The notes beneath the pieces are model-generated. The model had not been told where the DNA came from and searched no databases. It was given only the letters and a program-made list of their open reading frames with translations. Of a stretch of DNA of 31,070 nt, positions 17,927 to 25,858 are shown piece after piece. A program made the translations under genes and the position numbers. Position 1 is the first letter of the stretch. Each line of letters opens with the position of its first letter. The stretch comes from a virus (Duplodnaviria; Caudoviricetes): IMG/VR virus record IMGVR_UViG_3300011336_000588, positions 1-31,070 of that record. One strand, given 5' to 3'.

Positions 17927-18651
17927 TCAGCCCTTGCCGAATAGTTGTGCTATACGCTCGGCCGACTTGCGCTTGCGCTCCTCGTACCGACGACCACCCT
18001 CCTGCAGTTCGTACTGCACAAAGGTAGCCAGCTCAAGTTGCGAATGAGTCAGGTCTCGGGCCGTGACGGCAGGTGTACCACGCTCGAGCCACTTGCCGAT
18101 GCGGTTGGCCTCCCAGAAGCCGCTAGGCTCGGTCGTAAGCACGAGGCAGGTGGTCTCCTTGGCCTCCATCTCCTCGTGACCTAGACCCTGCCTGTAACCC
18201 ATCGTGCAGCCTCTCTCGTGCCGTGTTGCGTCTGGACACTCCCAGCATCGAAAGCCATGCGACATCGTCAGCCGGGCAAAGTCTCGCCACGCTACACGGC
18301 TTAGGTTTTTGGGTAGCCGGCCGTCGCCACCGCCGATGCAATGTTGCCAATGTCGGTCCAAGGTATCTTGACCAGCCATGCCGACCTTGCAGCCGGCGTG
18401 GCCTCCTTGTCGAGCTCCTGGGCAAACCCCTCGGAGGCAGACACACAGGCCGTCAACAGCGTGATGTGCAGCTGCACCAGAGCCTCGAGCGCAGAGCCGT
18501 CCTCATCCTCGGCACGCAGCCGGCCGCGTACCTTGTCGAGAGCACCGTAGTACCGGGCACCCTCAAGCGAGTTTGGCTCACGCACCAAGAGCCGACCCTT
18601 CTGGCCCTTGACCTCTACCTCAATCCACACATTCTCGTTGAACTCAATCAT
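17927..18651 (-). CDS. Tail assembly chaperone GT (programmed -1 frameshift product)
   Basis: Slippery C CCA AAA at 18313-18307 joins ...AGYPK to NLSRVAWRDF... in the -1 frame. Confidence 0.8.
18301..18651 (-). CDS. Tail assembly chaperone G (116 aa)
   Basis: Lies between the tail tube and tape measure genes and ends at the slippery site. Confidence 0.8.
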   Translation of the reverse strand: MIEFNENVWIEVEVKGQKGRLLVREPNSLEGARYYGALDKVRGRLRAEDEDGSALEALVQLHITLLTACVSASEGFAQELDKEATPAARSAWLVKIPWTDIGNIASAVATAGYPKT

Positions 18652-18669
18652 CCCATCCCCCTGCCAACC

Positions 18670-19713
18670 TTAGTTGGTGTAGAAACCGACCGACCCAATG
18701 TCGGCCTTGCTCGTATTATTCACGATGCCGGCGAACTTGAGCCCGATGTTGCGGTACCCGTTGGTCTCACCCGGTGTCGGCCACTGCACCAGCTGCGGCT
18801 CGTTGAGCGAGAAAATCACCAAAGTCGTGGCGCTGATGCTAACACTCACCTCAAGGGGCGTGCTATCAACCGTGTTGTCCTGTGCCTCGGTCCAGTCAGG
18901 CGCCAGCGTCTCGGACAGGTCAGCCACCTCAATCTCAATCGACGGCGAGCTGGCCAGCGCAATCATCGCAATGCCCATGCCGTAGGTCTCGCGGGCGTCG
19001 AGCACATCCGACAGCGCAAAGCCGGGGTCGTAAGACACCTTGGCAAGAGCGCAGGTAGACGAGCTCAGAGGGCCTGAGGCAGAAAGAGAGCAGTTCTGAC
19101 CGATAAGCGGCATCAGCGACAGGTTGGTCGGTTGCAGGCCAGTCGAATTCGTGACCGGCCGCCACTTGCCCTTGATGCTCCACTCCACCGTAATCTTGCC
19201 ACCGGCCTCAAACGAGAACTTGGGGATGCACACGCAACCCTCGGCCTCGTACCGCTTCGCACCAATCTCCTCGTAGGCAATCGAGAAGGTCGAAGCCGAG
19301 TAAGCGTTGCCAGCAGTGCGGACAGCTGCAAGGTCGTAGATAGCCTGGCTAATGAACTTGAAGTCGTTGGTGCCGCCCGTGGCAATCGTGAACGGGCACG
19401 ACCGCAGCAGAGCATACAGCACCGTGTTGGTAGTCGTAGGGTCGACCGTGAACGCACCGCCGGCAAAGTTCCAGTAGAGCTCGGTCGTGAAGCTGATGTC
19501 CCAGCCGATGCCGCCCGTCTTGGCTGCGACCTCGCCACCGTAGGGCGTCATCACATCAGCGCGACGGATGATGCCAGGGCCACGAGGAGTGAACTTGGGC
19601 GTGCCAACGACAGGCACGAAATCACCAAGAGCAGGTGCAGCATAACTGCCAGGCGTGGCCTCAAGCTTGATGTATACGCCGCTTGTGTTACTCGCATTCA
19701 ATACTTGAGCCAT
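18670..19713 (-). CDS. Major tail tube protein (347 aa)
   Basis: N-terminal YIKLEATPGSY motif; beta-rich; position before the chaperones. Confidence 0.8.
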   Translation of the reverse strand: MAQVLNASNTSGVYIKLEATPGSYAAPALGDFVPVVGTPKFTPRGPGIIRRADVMTPYGGEVAAKTGGIGWDISFTTELYWNFAGGAFTVDPTTTNTVLYALLRSCPFTIATGGTNDFKFISQAIYDLAAVRTAGNAYSASTFSIAYEEIGAKRYEAEGCVCIPKFSFEAGGKITVEWSIKGKWRPVTNSTGLQPTNLSLMPLIGQNCSLSASGPLSSSTCALAKVSYDPGFALSDVLDARETYGMGIAMIALASSPSIEIEVADLSETLAPDWTEAQDNTVDSTPLEVSVSISATTLVIFSLNEPQLVQWPTPGETNGYRNIGLKFAGIVNNTSKADIGSVGFYTN

Positions 19714-19716
19714 GGT

Positions 19717-20331
19717 CTACCTCGCTATGCCCCGTCGCTGGTGGACGAGTATTGTTGCTCGAACGGTCTGCTGTATCACTGTCTGGCCAGTGTCATCGAG
19801 GCCGACCGCAAAGTCGGTCGGTGTCACGCCGGTGCCGGGCAAGCAGTTGAAGATGCCCGTTTGCACAAAGCCTACGGTGTTCTGGTTGCGGGAGTCGTAG
19901 TTGACTAGGCCATACACAGGCGAGGTCAAGATGAGCAGGATGCCCTCGATGTAGGTACGCAGGCAGGTCTCGTAGACCTCCTCCGTGAACGGGTGCGTGC
20001 TCGTCAGAGGCTGCGCTACACCGTTGGTGTCGTAGTAGCCCCAATCGGCATTCACCGACACCTCGAGCTCGTGCAACTGGTCCATCGCGCCGAGAGCGTC
20101 GATTATCTCGCTCGTGGTCCGAACCACCGTCAAGCCAAAGGCAGGCTGCTGCTCGGCCGTCCACTGAGCACGACGGCTCGTGTAGATGTTGGCCGTCTTA
20201 GGCGCTGGCAGCCCCGGCACCTTCATGCCAGTCAAGAAGGTGCTATCACACACCGTCGGCCAGTTGGCCACCACCAGAGTGCGAGCTGTCTCGCTCACTA
20301 TCTGTGGACCCCAAAAAAGACCAGCACTCAT
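19717..20331 (-). CDS. Putative tail terminator / completion protein
   Basis: Position before the tail tube gene; GGAGG RBS. Confidence 0.55.
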   Translation of the reverse strand: MSAGLFWGPQIVSETARTLVVANWPTVCDSTFLTGMKVPGLPAPKTANIYTSRRAQWTAEQQPAFGLTVVRTTSEIIDALGAMDQLHELEVSVNADWGYYDTNGVAQPLTSTHPFTEEVYETCLRTYIEGILLILTSPVYGLVNYDSRNQNTVGFVQTGIFNCLPGTGVTPTDFAVGLDDTGQTVIQQTVRATILVHQRRGIAR

Positions 20332-20981
20332 GGCCGGCCTCCAACACTCATCAGAAACCGAGCCGACAGCTCAGCGCCGGTGATGCCTACCTTGGCTCCT
20401 GCCATGTTCATCGGCAGACGCCTCATGTGGTCGCGCACCGCGTCAATGAAGCCATCACCAAACCGAACCAGAGGCCGCTTGGGAGTAGGCACCGTGACCA
20501 CGCCACTCTTCTTGCGTGAGGTGCGACGCGTGTATGCACCAACGCCCTGGTCGTGGTTCTGAGCATACGGAATGGAGGTGCCGCACTCTACATGGTTGCC
20601 CTGCACTGACCACACATAGCCCTTAGCGTTGGGCACACACATCGACGGCCACAACACTTCATGCGTGCCGGCCGAGGTGCTCTGTGGCTTGGCATTCCAA
20701 CGCAGGATGCCACCCGGGTCGATGCGCTTCACACCGAGAGACCAACGCTTGATGGGGAGCCAGTAACGCTGCTCCTGCCGAGTGTAGCCCGGCCACTTGG
20801 GACCCGTGCTGCTGCCCTGCGTCGCAAACATGACGCGACGAGACTCGGCCCATGCCTTGCTCATGTCGTCGTCAGGGTCGCCCCAGAACTTGGTCCACTC
20901 GCCCACATTGCGAATGGCCGCCTCGAGCTGGTAGATGCCCTCGTGGCTGTTGTCTTTCATGGTTATCTTGAAGGTCGCCAT
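20328..20981 (-). CDS. Phage virion morphogenesis (Mu gpG / P2 S-like) neck protein
   Basis: GTSIPYAQNHDQG...PKRPLV motif. Confidence 0.75.
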   Translation of the reverse strand: MATFKITMKDNSHEGIYQLEAAIRNVGEWTKFWGDPDDDMSKAWAESRRVMFATQGSSTGPKWPGYTRQEQRYWLPIKRWSLGVKRIDPGGILRWNAKPQSTSAGTHEVLWPSMCVPNAKGYVWSVQGNHVECGTSIPYAQNHDQGVGAYTRRTSRKKSGVVTVPTPKRPLVRFGDGFIDAVRDHMRRLPMNMAGAKVGITGAELSARFLMSVGGRP

Positions 20982-20983
20982 GC

Positions 20984-21463
20984 CTACATCTTATCGGTGT
21001 TGGCATTCACTGCAAGACGAGAACCACTGTTGAGCACCTTGAGCGCAATCTCGGCCGTGTAGTCAGCGTTGCTGTGCAGGATGTTGGGCGAGGTCGTGCC
21101 AGTCGGCCGTGTCGGGCCCATGTCGCCCGGCAGCTTGCGGAGCCGCTCCATCAGCTCGTATGCCTGCTTGTCCCACTCGTCGGCAGCCGTGTTGCTGTTC
21201 TGGTTACGCATGCGCACCACATCAGCTGCGAACTTGAGCAGGATGTAGCGACCGGCCATCCGATACATCGGCACCGTCGGCTGCGCATCGAGCCCCTGGG
21301 GAGACACACCCATGCCGACCAAAAAGCCGTTGATGTCGGCTGCGTGGTCCTCAATGATGCTGTCAGCCTGTGCCGAGGTTGGCGTGCTGTCGTTGGCAAA
21401 CGCAATCTTGGGCAGGAGCCTGCCGAGGTCAGCGCGCACAATGCCGAAAGTGTAGATAGCCAT
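20984..21463 (-). CDS. Head-tail adaptor (Mu gp36/DUF1320-like)
   Basis: First gene after the capsid gene; helical IIEDHAADINGFL; AAGGAGGAG RBS. Confidence 0.65.
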   Translation of the reverse strand: MAIYTFGIVRADLGRLLPKIAFANDSTPTSAQADSIIEDHAADINGFLVGMGVSPQGLDAQPTVPMYRMAGRYILLKFAADVVRMRNQNSNTAADEWDKQAYELMERLRKLPGDMGPTRPTGTTSPNILHSNADYTAEIALKVLNSGSRLAVNANTDKM

Positions 21464-21478
21464 GGTGCACTCCTCCTT

Positions 21479-21543
21479 GAGTAGAACTGGGCGGGGGGAT
21501 GGGCACCCAGCCCTACTCGAGAAGGGCGAGCCGAAGCCCGCCC
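21479..21543 (-). terminator. Double hairpin downstream of the major capsid gene
   Basis: GGGCGGGC-TTCG-GCTCGCCC-TTCT (cUUCGg loop), then GAGTAGGGCTGGG/CCCAGTTCTACTC directly before the RBS. Confidence 0.65.
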
Positions 21544-21555
21544 CAACTCAGTGGC

Positions 21556-22581
21556 CTACGAGAGACCGGTGGCCAGACGGGCCCACTTGTTGGCCGTGCC
21601 GCCGAGGACGGTCACGCCGAAGTCAGACTCGACATACATGCCCACGCCAGCCGGGTTGAACGCCGAGTAGCTGAACAGCTGGCCGAGCGCCGCGTTGGGC
21701 TCGGGCGTCATCGTCTGAAGGAAGCCCGAGTCGCCATAGGCCTCGGCAACCTTGAAGAGCGCGACATTGCCGGTGGTCATGACAACCGAGCCAGTCTGAG
21801 TGGCGATGGTCGGCAGGTACTGCGGCATAATCTTGAGCTCAAGCGGCACGATGAGCTTGCTCTGGAAGAACGCGCGAAGCTGGCTCAGGTCGGAAGCGCC
21901 AGCGCGGTACTGAGCAGAGCCGTCCGACTTGGACGCAATGCCGTAGCCCATCTGGAACACTTCGTTCTTCTGCATGAGGATGTTGGCAGTCGCGAGATTG
22001 CAGGCCGCAACCCACTTGCCGCTCTCGATGTCGCAGCCGTCAGCAGCCGACGCCAGGAGGAAGTCGTTGAAGTCCTTCTGGAGCGTCGCAGCAGCCGTGC
22101 CGCCGCCGGTGATGGCACCGTTGGACGCGTAGTTGGCCGTGTCGTTGAGCGCAGCGCCGACGACCGCAGCGTGGAGCTGGGCACCCTGCACCGCGAGCTT
22201 CTCAGCGTAGCGTGCCTGGATGTCCTCGCCACGACGGGCGAACTCCTCAATCTGCTTGAGCGTCAGAATCTGGTGGCCCCAGCGGTACAGCGAGCTGTTG
22301 TACGCGGCCGAGGTCACACGCAGACCGCCGGGCATAGCCGGGGTGTCGTAGTTGACCGGCTGCGGCACCTGGTTGCTGACAGCGCCGCCGCCAGCCTGAA
22401 GCAGCGCGTCGTTCTCAGCGAAGTAGTGGTAGTAGCCCTGGCGCGTCTCGACCTTGACGACCGGCGAGAGCTCGGCTGCGACCTTGGAGGACGAACCAGT
22501 GCGGAAGAGGCTGATGCGCTGGAGAATACCAGGACGCAATCCACCGGTGTTGACACCAACTGACGGGAAAGCATAAGCCAT
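21556..22581 (-). CDS. Major capsid protein (341 aa)
   Basis: Size and position; AELSPVVKVETRQGYYHYF resembles lambda-E/Mu-T-like capsid N-termini; strong codon bias; downstream hairpin. Confidence 0.85.
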   Translation of the reverse strand: MAYAFPSVGVNTGGLRPGILQRISLFRTGSSSKVAAELSPVVKVETRQGYYHYFAENDALLQAGGGAVSNQVPQPVNYDTPAMPGGLRVTSAAYNSSLYRWGHQILTLKQIEEFARRGEDIQARYAEKLAVQGAQLHAAVVGAALNDTANYASNGAITGGGTAAATLQKDFNDFLLASAADGCDIESGKWVAACNLATANILMQKNEVFQMGYGIASKSDGSAQYRAGASDLSQLRAFFQSKLIVPLELKIMPQYLPTIATQTGSVVMTTGNVALFKVAEAYGDSGFLQTMTPEPNAALGQLFSYSAFNPAGVGMYVESDFGVTVLGGTANKWARLATGLS

Positions 22582-22621
22582 GACGAGACCTCGAGGTTGC
22601 GCACCCTAGGGTGCAGAGTTG

Positions 22622-23071
22622 TTAGGGTGCGACGTATTGAATCTGGTAGGGTTGGAAGCGCATCAGGCACTGCTCGTTGGGGCCGGCATCGGTCAGAGCA
22701 AGGCCCCAAATCCAGTCGCCTACGTTGAAGTTTGGGGCGTATGCATACGTGAAGGTGCCGTCTGCAACGGCCATGTCTGGGTAAAGAAACTGACCTGCAG
22801 AGACTCCATTCTCTCCGCTAATCGTCACCTGCACGACGCAGCCCAGCTGGTCGACCAGCTCAAGCGCGCTTGCCGCAACGACTTTGCTGCCGTCGTCTAG
22901 GCTGTTGCAACCTGCAACGACGACGCCGTAGGGAACATCCGCCGGAAATGCCGCAACCGTGAGCGTGTTGGCACCGTCGAGGTACACGCCGCAACCTTCC
23001 TTGCCAGTCAAATCCTCGTTGATTGAGAAGATGGGGTTGGGAGTCTTGTATGTCGTTGCGCCAAGCGCCAT
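22622..23071 (-). CDS. Capsid cement/decoration-like protein, paralog 3
   Basis: About 150 aa, beta/Gly-rich, between scaffold and capsid genes; WGLALTDA...LMRF C-terminus is DUF2190-like. Confidence 0.7.
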   Translation of the reverse strand: MALGATTYKTPNPIFSINEDLTGKEGCGVYLDGANTLTVAAFPADVPYGVVVAGCNSLDDGSKVVAASALELVDQLGCVVQVTISGENGVSAGQFLYPDMAVADGTFTYAYAPNFNVGDWIWGLALTDAGPNEQCLMRFQPYQIQYVAP

Positions 23072-23096
23072 CGGGTTGCCTTAGAGTAAAGGAGTG

Positions 23097-23552
23097 TTAG
23101 GGTGCGACATACTGCTGCACATACGGCTGGAACCGCATGAGACACTGCTCGCCAACATCGGCATCAGTGAGGGCGATGCCCCAAATCCAGTCGTTTACCG
23201 CAGCTGCTTGGTTGGCCGTGGTAGTGAAGGTGCCGTCAGCATCGGATGAGTCAATGACCAGAAACTCGCCTGCGCTCACGGTACTGGCGCTGCTGATGAG
23301 CACCTGCACAGCGCAGCCGAGCTGGTCGACCAGCTCGAGCGCAGCGTCAGCAATGACCGAGGGGTAGGTGCCCGGCGTGACACTGTCAGTGCCCGTCACG
23401 ATGATGCCGTAGGGAACATCTGCTGGCGTTGAGGCAACATTGACGATGTTGGCACCGTTGAGGTACAAGCCGCAACCCTCTTTGCCAGTCATGTCCTGGT
23501 AAATCTGGTTGATGATGTTCGGGGTCTTGTATGTAGTTGCGCCGAGAGCCAT
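23097..23552 (-). CDS. Capsid cement/decoration-like protein, paralog 2
   Basis: Same N-terminus MALGATTYKTPN and C-terminus QYVAP as paralog 3. Confidence 0.7.
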   Translation of the reverse strand: MALGATTYKTPNIINQIYQDMTGKEGCGLYLNGANIVNVASTPADVPYGIIVTGTDSVTPGTYPSVIADAALELVDQLGCAVQVLISSASTVSAGEFLVIDSSDADGTFTTTANQAAAVNDWIWGIALTDADVGEQCLMRFQPYVQQYVAP

Positions 23553-23555
23553 GAG

Positions 23556-23984
23556 TTAGGCCTGCTTCGTGAAGGGCTGGAAACGCAGCAGGAACTGGCC
23601 ACCGGCAGGAGCGGCCGTGAGCGCGTAGCCCCAGTACCACTGGCCCGTCGTAATCGACGCTGCCGTAATGAACTCACCCGAGCTGTTGACCGTAACCGCG
23701 AGGCCGACCGTGATGGCGCCGCCACCAGCCTGGACCTGCGCAACGCAACCGATGGCGTCGACAATCTCGAGCGCGCCAGCAGCAATCGGGCCAGCACCGC
23801 CGGCAACCGAGTCGGCACCGACAACGACAATGCCATAGGGCAGGTCGCCAGGGGAGTTGGCAATCTCAACGCGACCCTGCGTTGCCGTGGTAAGCGTGAG
23901 GCCACAGCCCTCGCTGCCCGTAAGGTCGGCAGCAATCGAGGTAATCTGTGCGGGGGTCTTGTAGGTAAGAGGTCCGAGAGCCAT
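23556..23984 (-). CDS. Capsid cement/decoration-like protein, paralog 1
   Basis: MALGPLTYKTP...GSEGCG...PYGIVV...ALEIVD.IGC...WGYALT...RFQP; AGGAG RBS. Confidence 0.7.
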   Translation of the reverse strand: MALGPLTYKTPAQITSIAADLTGSEGCGLTLTTATQGRVEIANSPGDLPYGIVVVGADSVAGGAGPIAAGALEIVDAIGCVAQVQAGGGAITVGLAVTVNSSGEFITAASITTGQWYWGYALTAAPAGGQFLLRFQPFTKQA

Positions 23985-24018
23985 GGTCAGTCTCCTCGCC
24001 CGTCAGGGCAGTTAGTTG

Positions 24019-24708
24019 TTAGTTGCTACCGCGAGTCGACTTCATCTCAAGGACCGAGTCAGGCGTGCGGCCCATCGAGAGCCACGAGGCAGCGAGGCCA
24101 ACCGAGATGCTCTCCTTGGTCGCAAGCTGCGTGATGAGCGCCCACTGGTCGTCGTCAGACAGGTTGGCGAAGTGCTTGCTGCCCGGCTTGAGAGCCTCAC
24201 CGAGGTTGGCCTCACGCGAGCCAACGCCAACCGGCGCAATCGTGCGAGCCGTGGCAACCGACGGCTTGACCGAGGTGCCAGGAGCGATGTCAGCGAGAAG
24301 GGCCTCGAACTTGCCCTTGCCGGCAACGAACGCGTCAGCGAGCATCGACTCGGTGGCCGAGCTCACCTTGCGGTTGCCGAGCGCCGAGCGAACGGAAGCC
24401 AGAGCAGCAGTGCGCTTGGCGACAGCCAGCTCACGCTTGAGCTTGATGACCTCGGAGAGCAGGGCCTCATCGTCCTTGGGCTCCTCCTCCTCAACCTCCT
24501 CGACGGCCTCCTCGATGCCCTTGGCCTTCTCGAGCTCAGCAATCGCTGCAGCCTCGATGGCCTCGGCCTCCTCGTTGAGGTCCGGATTGGCAGCGTGTGC
24601 CTCGGTGTGCAGCTCGGGGAACAGCTTGGCGATAAGGGCCGTGGCGGCCGCCTCGTCAAGTCCGAGCTCAGCACAGTAAGCAGCGCAATCTTCTTTGGTC
24701 ATCGCCAT
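24019..24708 (-). CDS. Putative nested in-frame scaffold protein (Mu gpZ-like)
   Basis: Internal GAGGGT RBS before ATG 24708 (MAMTKEDC...) at the domain boundary. Confidence 0.55.
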   Translation of the reverse strand: MAMTKEDCAAYCAELGLDEAAATALIAKLFPELHTEAHAANPDLNEEAEAIEAAAIAELEKAKGIEEAVEEVEEEEPKDDEALLSEVIKLKRELAVAKRTAALASVRSALGNRKVSSATESMLADAFVAGKGKFEALLADIAPGTSVKPSVATARTIAPVGVGSREANLGEALKPGSKHFANLSDDDQWALITQLATKESISVGLAASWLSMGRTPDSVLEMKSTRGSN

Positions 24709-25269
24709 GTTAGCACCCTCTGAAAGTGATACGCCGCGCATGTCTGCAACGGGCACCTGTTGTGACTTGATTTGCGGGATGGTCACGAAGCTGACCTCAC
24801 CGATGGCAAACGGGTAGCTCGGGCTGTCGTCGAGCTCCGTGCCTGCCCATGCCCTGATGTTGGGTGACACATAGGGCACCTCACCAGCGTCGAACTTCGC
24901 AGCCCACTTAGGGCTCGTGATGTCGAGGCCACCATAAATCATGCGCGTGCTGGGCTGCTTGATGCCATGCGTTGCCGCCTCGGCCTTGGTCAGCACCACA
25001 ATGCGACGCAGGTAGCCAGCTGCCGTGCCGTCCTTGTTGTGCTCCACCGCAATCGCAGGGGCATAGTCGGACAGCCAACGCTCGAGAGACTCAACCGCGT
25101 CATCGAACCGGAACTGCAGCTTGTCGGCATCTGTCTCGGCTGCGTCAAAGCGCCAGGTAGTACCATGCGCGTTGATGCTGCCCTCGGGCAACAGAGACAC
25201 CCAGCGCAGCCCGGTGTCGTCACCTAGGTTGACCTGCTGAGTCTTGAGCTTGAGTCGGGATGCACGCAT
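24019..25269 (-). CDS. Mu gpI-like prohead protease-scaffold
   Basis: AIAVEH..DGTAAGY and YVSP motifs, VSFVTIP, then an acidic helical scaffold region. Confidence 0.8.
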   Translation of the reverse strand: MRASRLKLKTQQVNLGDDTGLRWVSLLPEGSINAHGTTWRFDAAETDADKLQFRFDDAVESLERWLSDYAPAIAVEHNKDGTAAGYLRRIVVLTKAEAATHGIKQPSTRMIYGGLDITSPKWAAKFDAGEVPYVSPNIRAWAGTELDDSPSYPFAIGEVSFVTIPQIKSQQVPVADMRGVSLSEGANMAMTKEDCAAYCAELGLDEAAATALIAKLFPELHTEAHAANPDLNEEAEAIEAAAIAELEKAKGIEEAVEEVEEEEPKDDEALLSEVIKLKRELAVAKRTAALASVRSALGNRKVSSATESMLADAFVAGKGKFEALLADIAPGTSVKPSVATARTIAPVGVGSREANLGEALKPGSKHFANLSDDDQWALITQLATKESISVGLAASWLSMGRTPDSVLEMKSTRGSN

Positions 25270-25310
25270 GCTCCCCTCTTTGCACCGTATCTCGGGCCAC
25301 TTCTAGCCCC

Positions 25311-25362
25311 TTGCAGTGCGGTCGCGCTGTGCTAGTGCGGCAACCGCTGCGCTAGTGCGGCA
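25311..25362. promoter_or_regulatory. Direct repeats in the divergent intergenic region (putative operator/promoter)
   Basis: CGCTG(T/C)GCTAGTGCGGCA at 25325-25342 and 25345-25362, with a third AGTGCGG at 25315-25321. Confidence 0.55.
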
Positions 25363-25385
25363 CCATCGACAAGGGCGGTATTCTT

Positions 25386-25643
25386 TTGGCTACTCTCACC
25401 AGACGACAACGCATGGTTCTCGACGCCCTGCTCATCTGCCACCAGAAGCCGCTCATGCACCCGTCCCCTCGGTGGCTTGCCAACCACATCGAGCACTGGG
25501 GAGAGAAGGCCGTTAGAGCCGACATCGCCAACCTTATCGCTCTTGGACTAATCGAAGATGTCGAGGTCGGCACCGGCTCGGCCGCATCCAAATACAAGCT
25601 CGCCCACTGCACCTGCACCTACTGCACCTCGAGGCCATCATGA
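25386..25643 (+). CDS. LexA-N-like winged-HTH protein with C-terminal HCxCxxC
   Basis: LTRRQRMVLDAL...PSPRWLA...AVRADIANLIALGLIE matches the LexA DNA-binding pattern. No peptidase domain. TTG start. Confidence 0.7.
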   Translation: MATLTRRQRMVLDALLICHQKPLMHPSPRWLANHIEHWGEKAVRADIANLIALGLIEDVEVGTGSAASKYKLAHCTCTYCTSRPS

Positions 25644-25858
25644 GTGACACACCTGCAAAGCCATGGGGCATTCCCCTCTCTCCAGAGGCCAAGGCCGAGG
25701 CCATCAGCCGCATCAACCAGAGGCACGCCACGCTCCTGGCTGTTGGACCTGTCGCCTTTGCCAAGATGGGCCGAGACGACAAGGAGCGGTACAAGGTCAT
25801 CCAGCTCATCAACCGTGGCTACGAGCTCCACATCACCGATGAGCCCGCGCCCGACTAG
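25640..25858 (+). CDS. Hypothetical protein (72 aa)
   Basis: GAGG RBS and ATGA overlap. Its stop overlaps the portal stop (CTAG). Confidence 0.7.
   Translation: MSDTPAKPWGIPLSPEAKAEAISRINQRHATLLAVGPVAFAKMGRDDKERYKVIQLINRGYELHITDEPAPD

Noticed and set aside
23553-23558. Stop-codon readthrough fusing cement paralogs 1 and 2 (in frame, TAA CTC ATG)
   Set aside because: TAA is rarely read through, and a 3-nt gap is adequately explained by translational coupling. Paralogs 2 and 3 are not in frame.
22622-23984. Diversity-generating retroelement or invertase-driven switching among the paralogs
   Set aside because: No reverse transcriptase or recombinase is in the window, differences are not adenine-specific, and there are no flanking inverted repeats.
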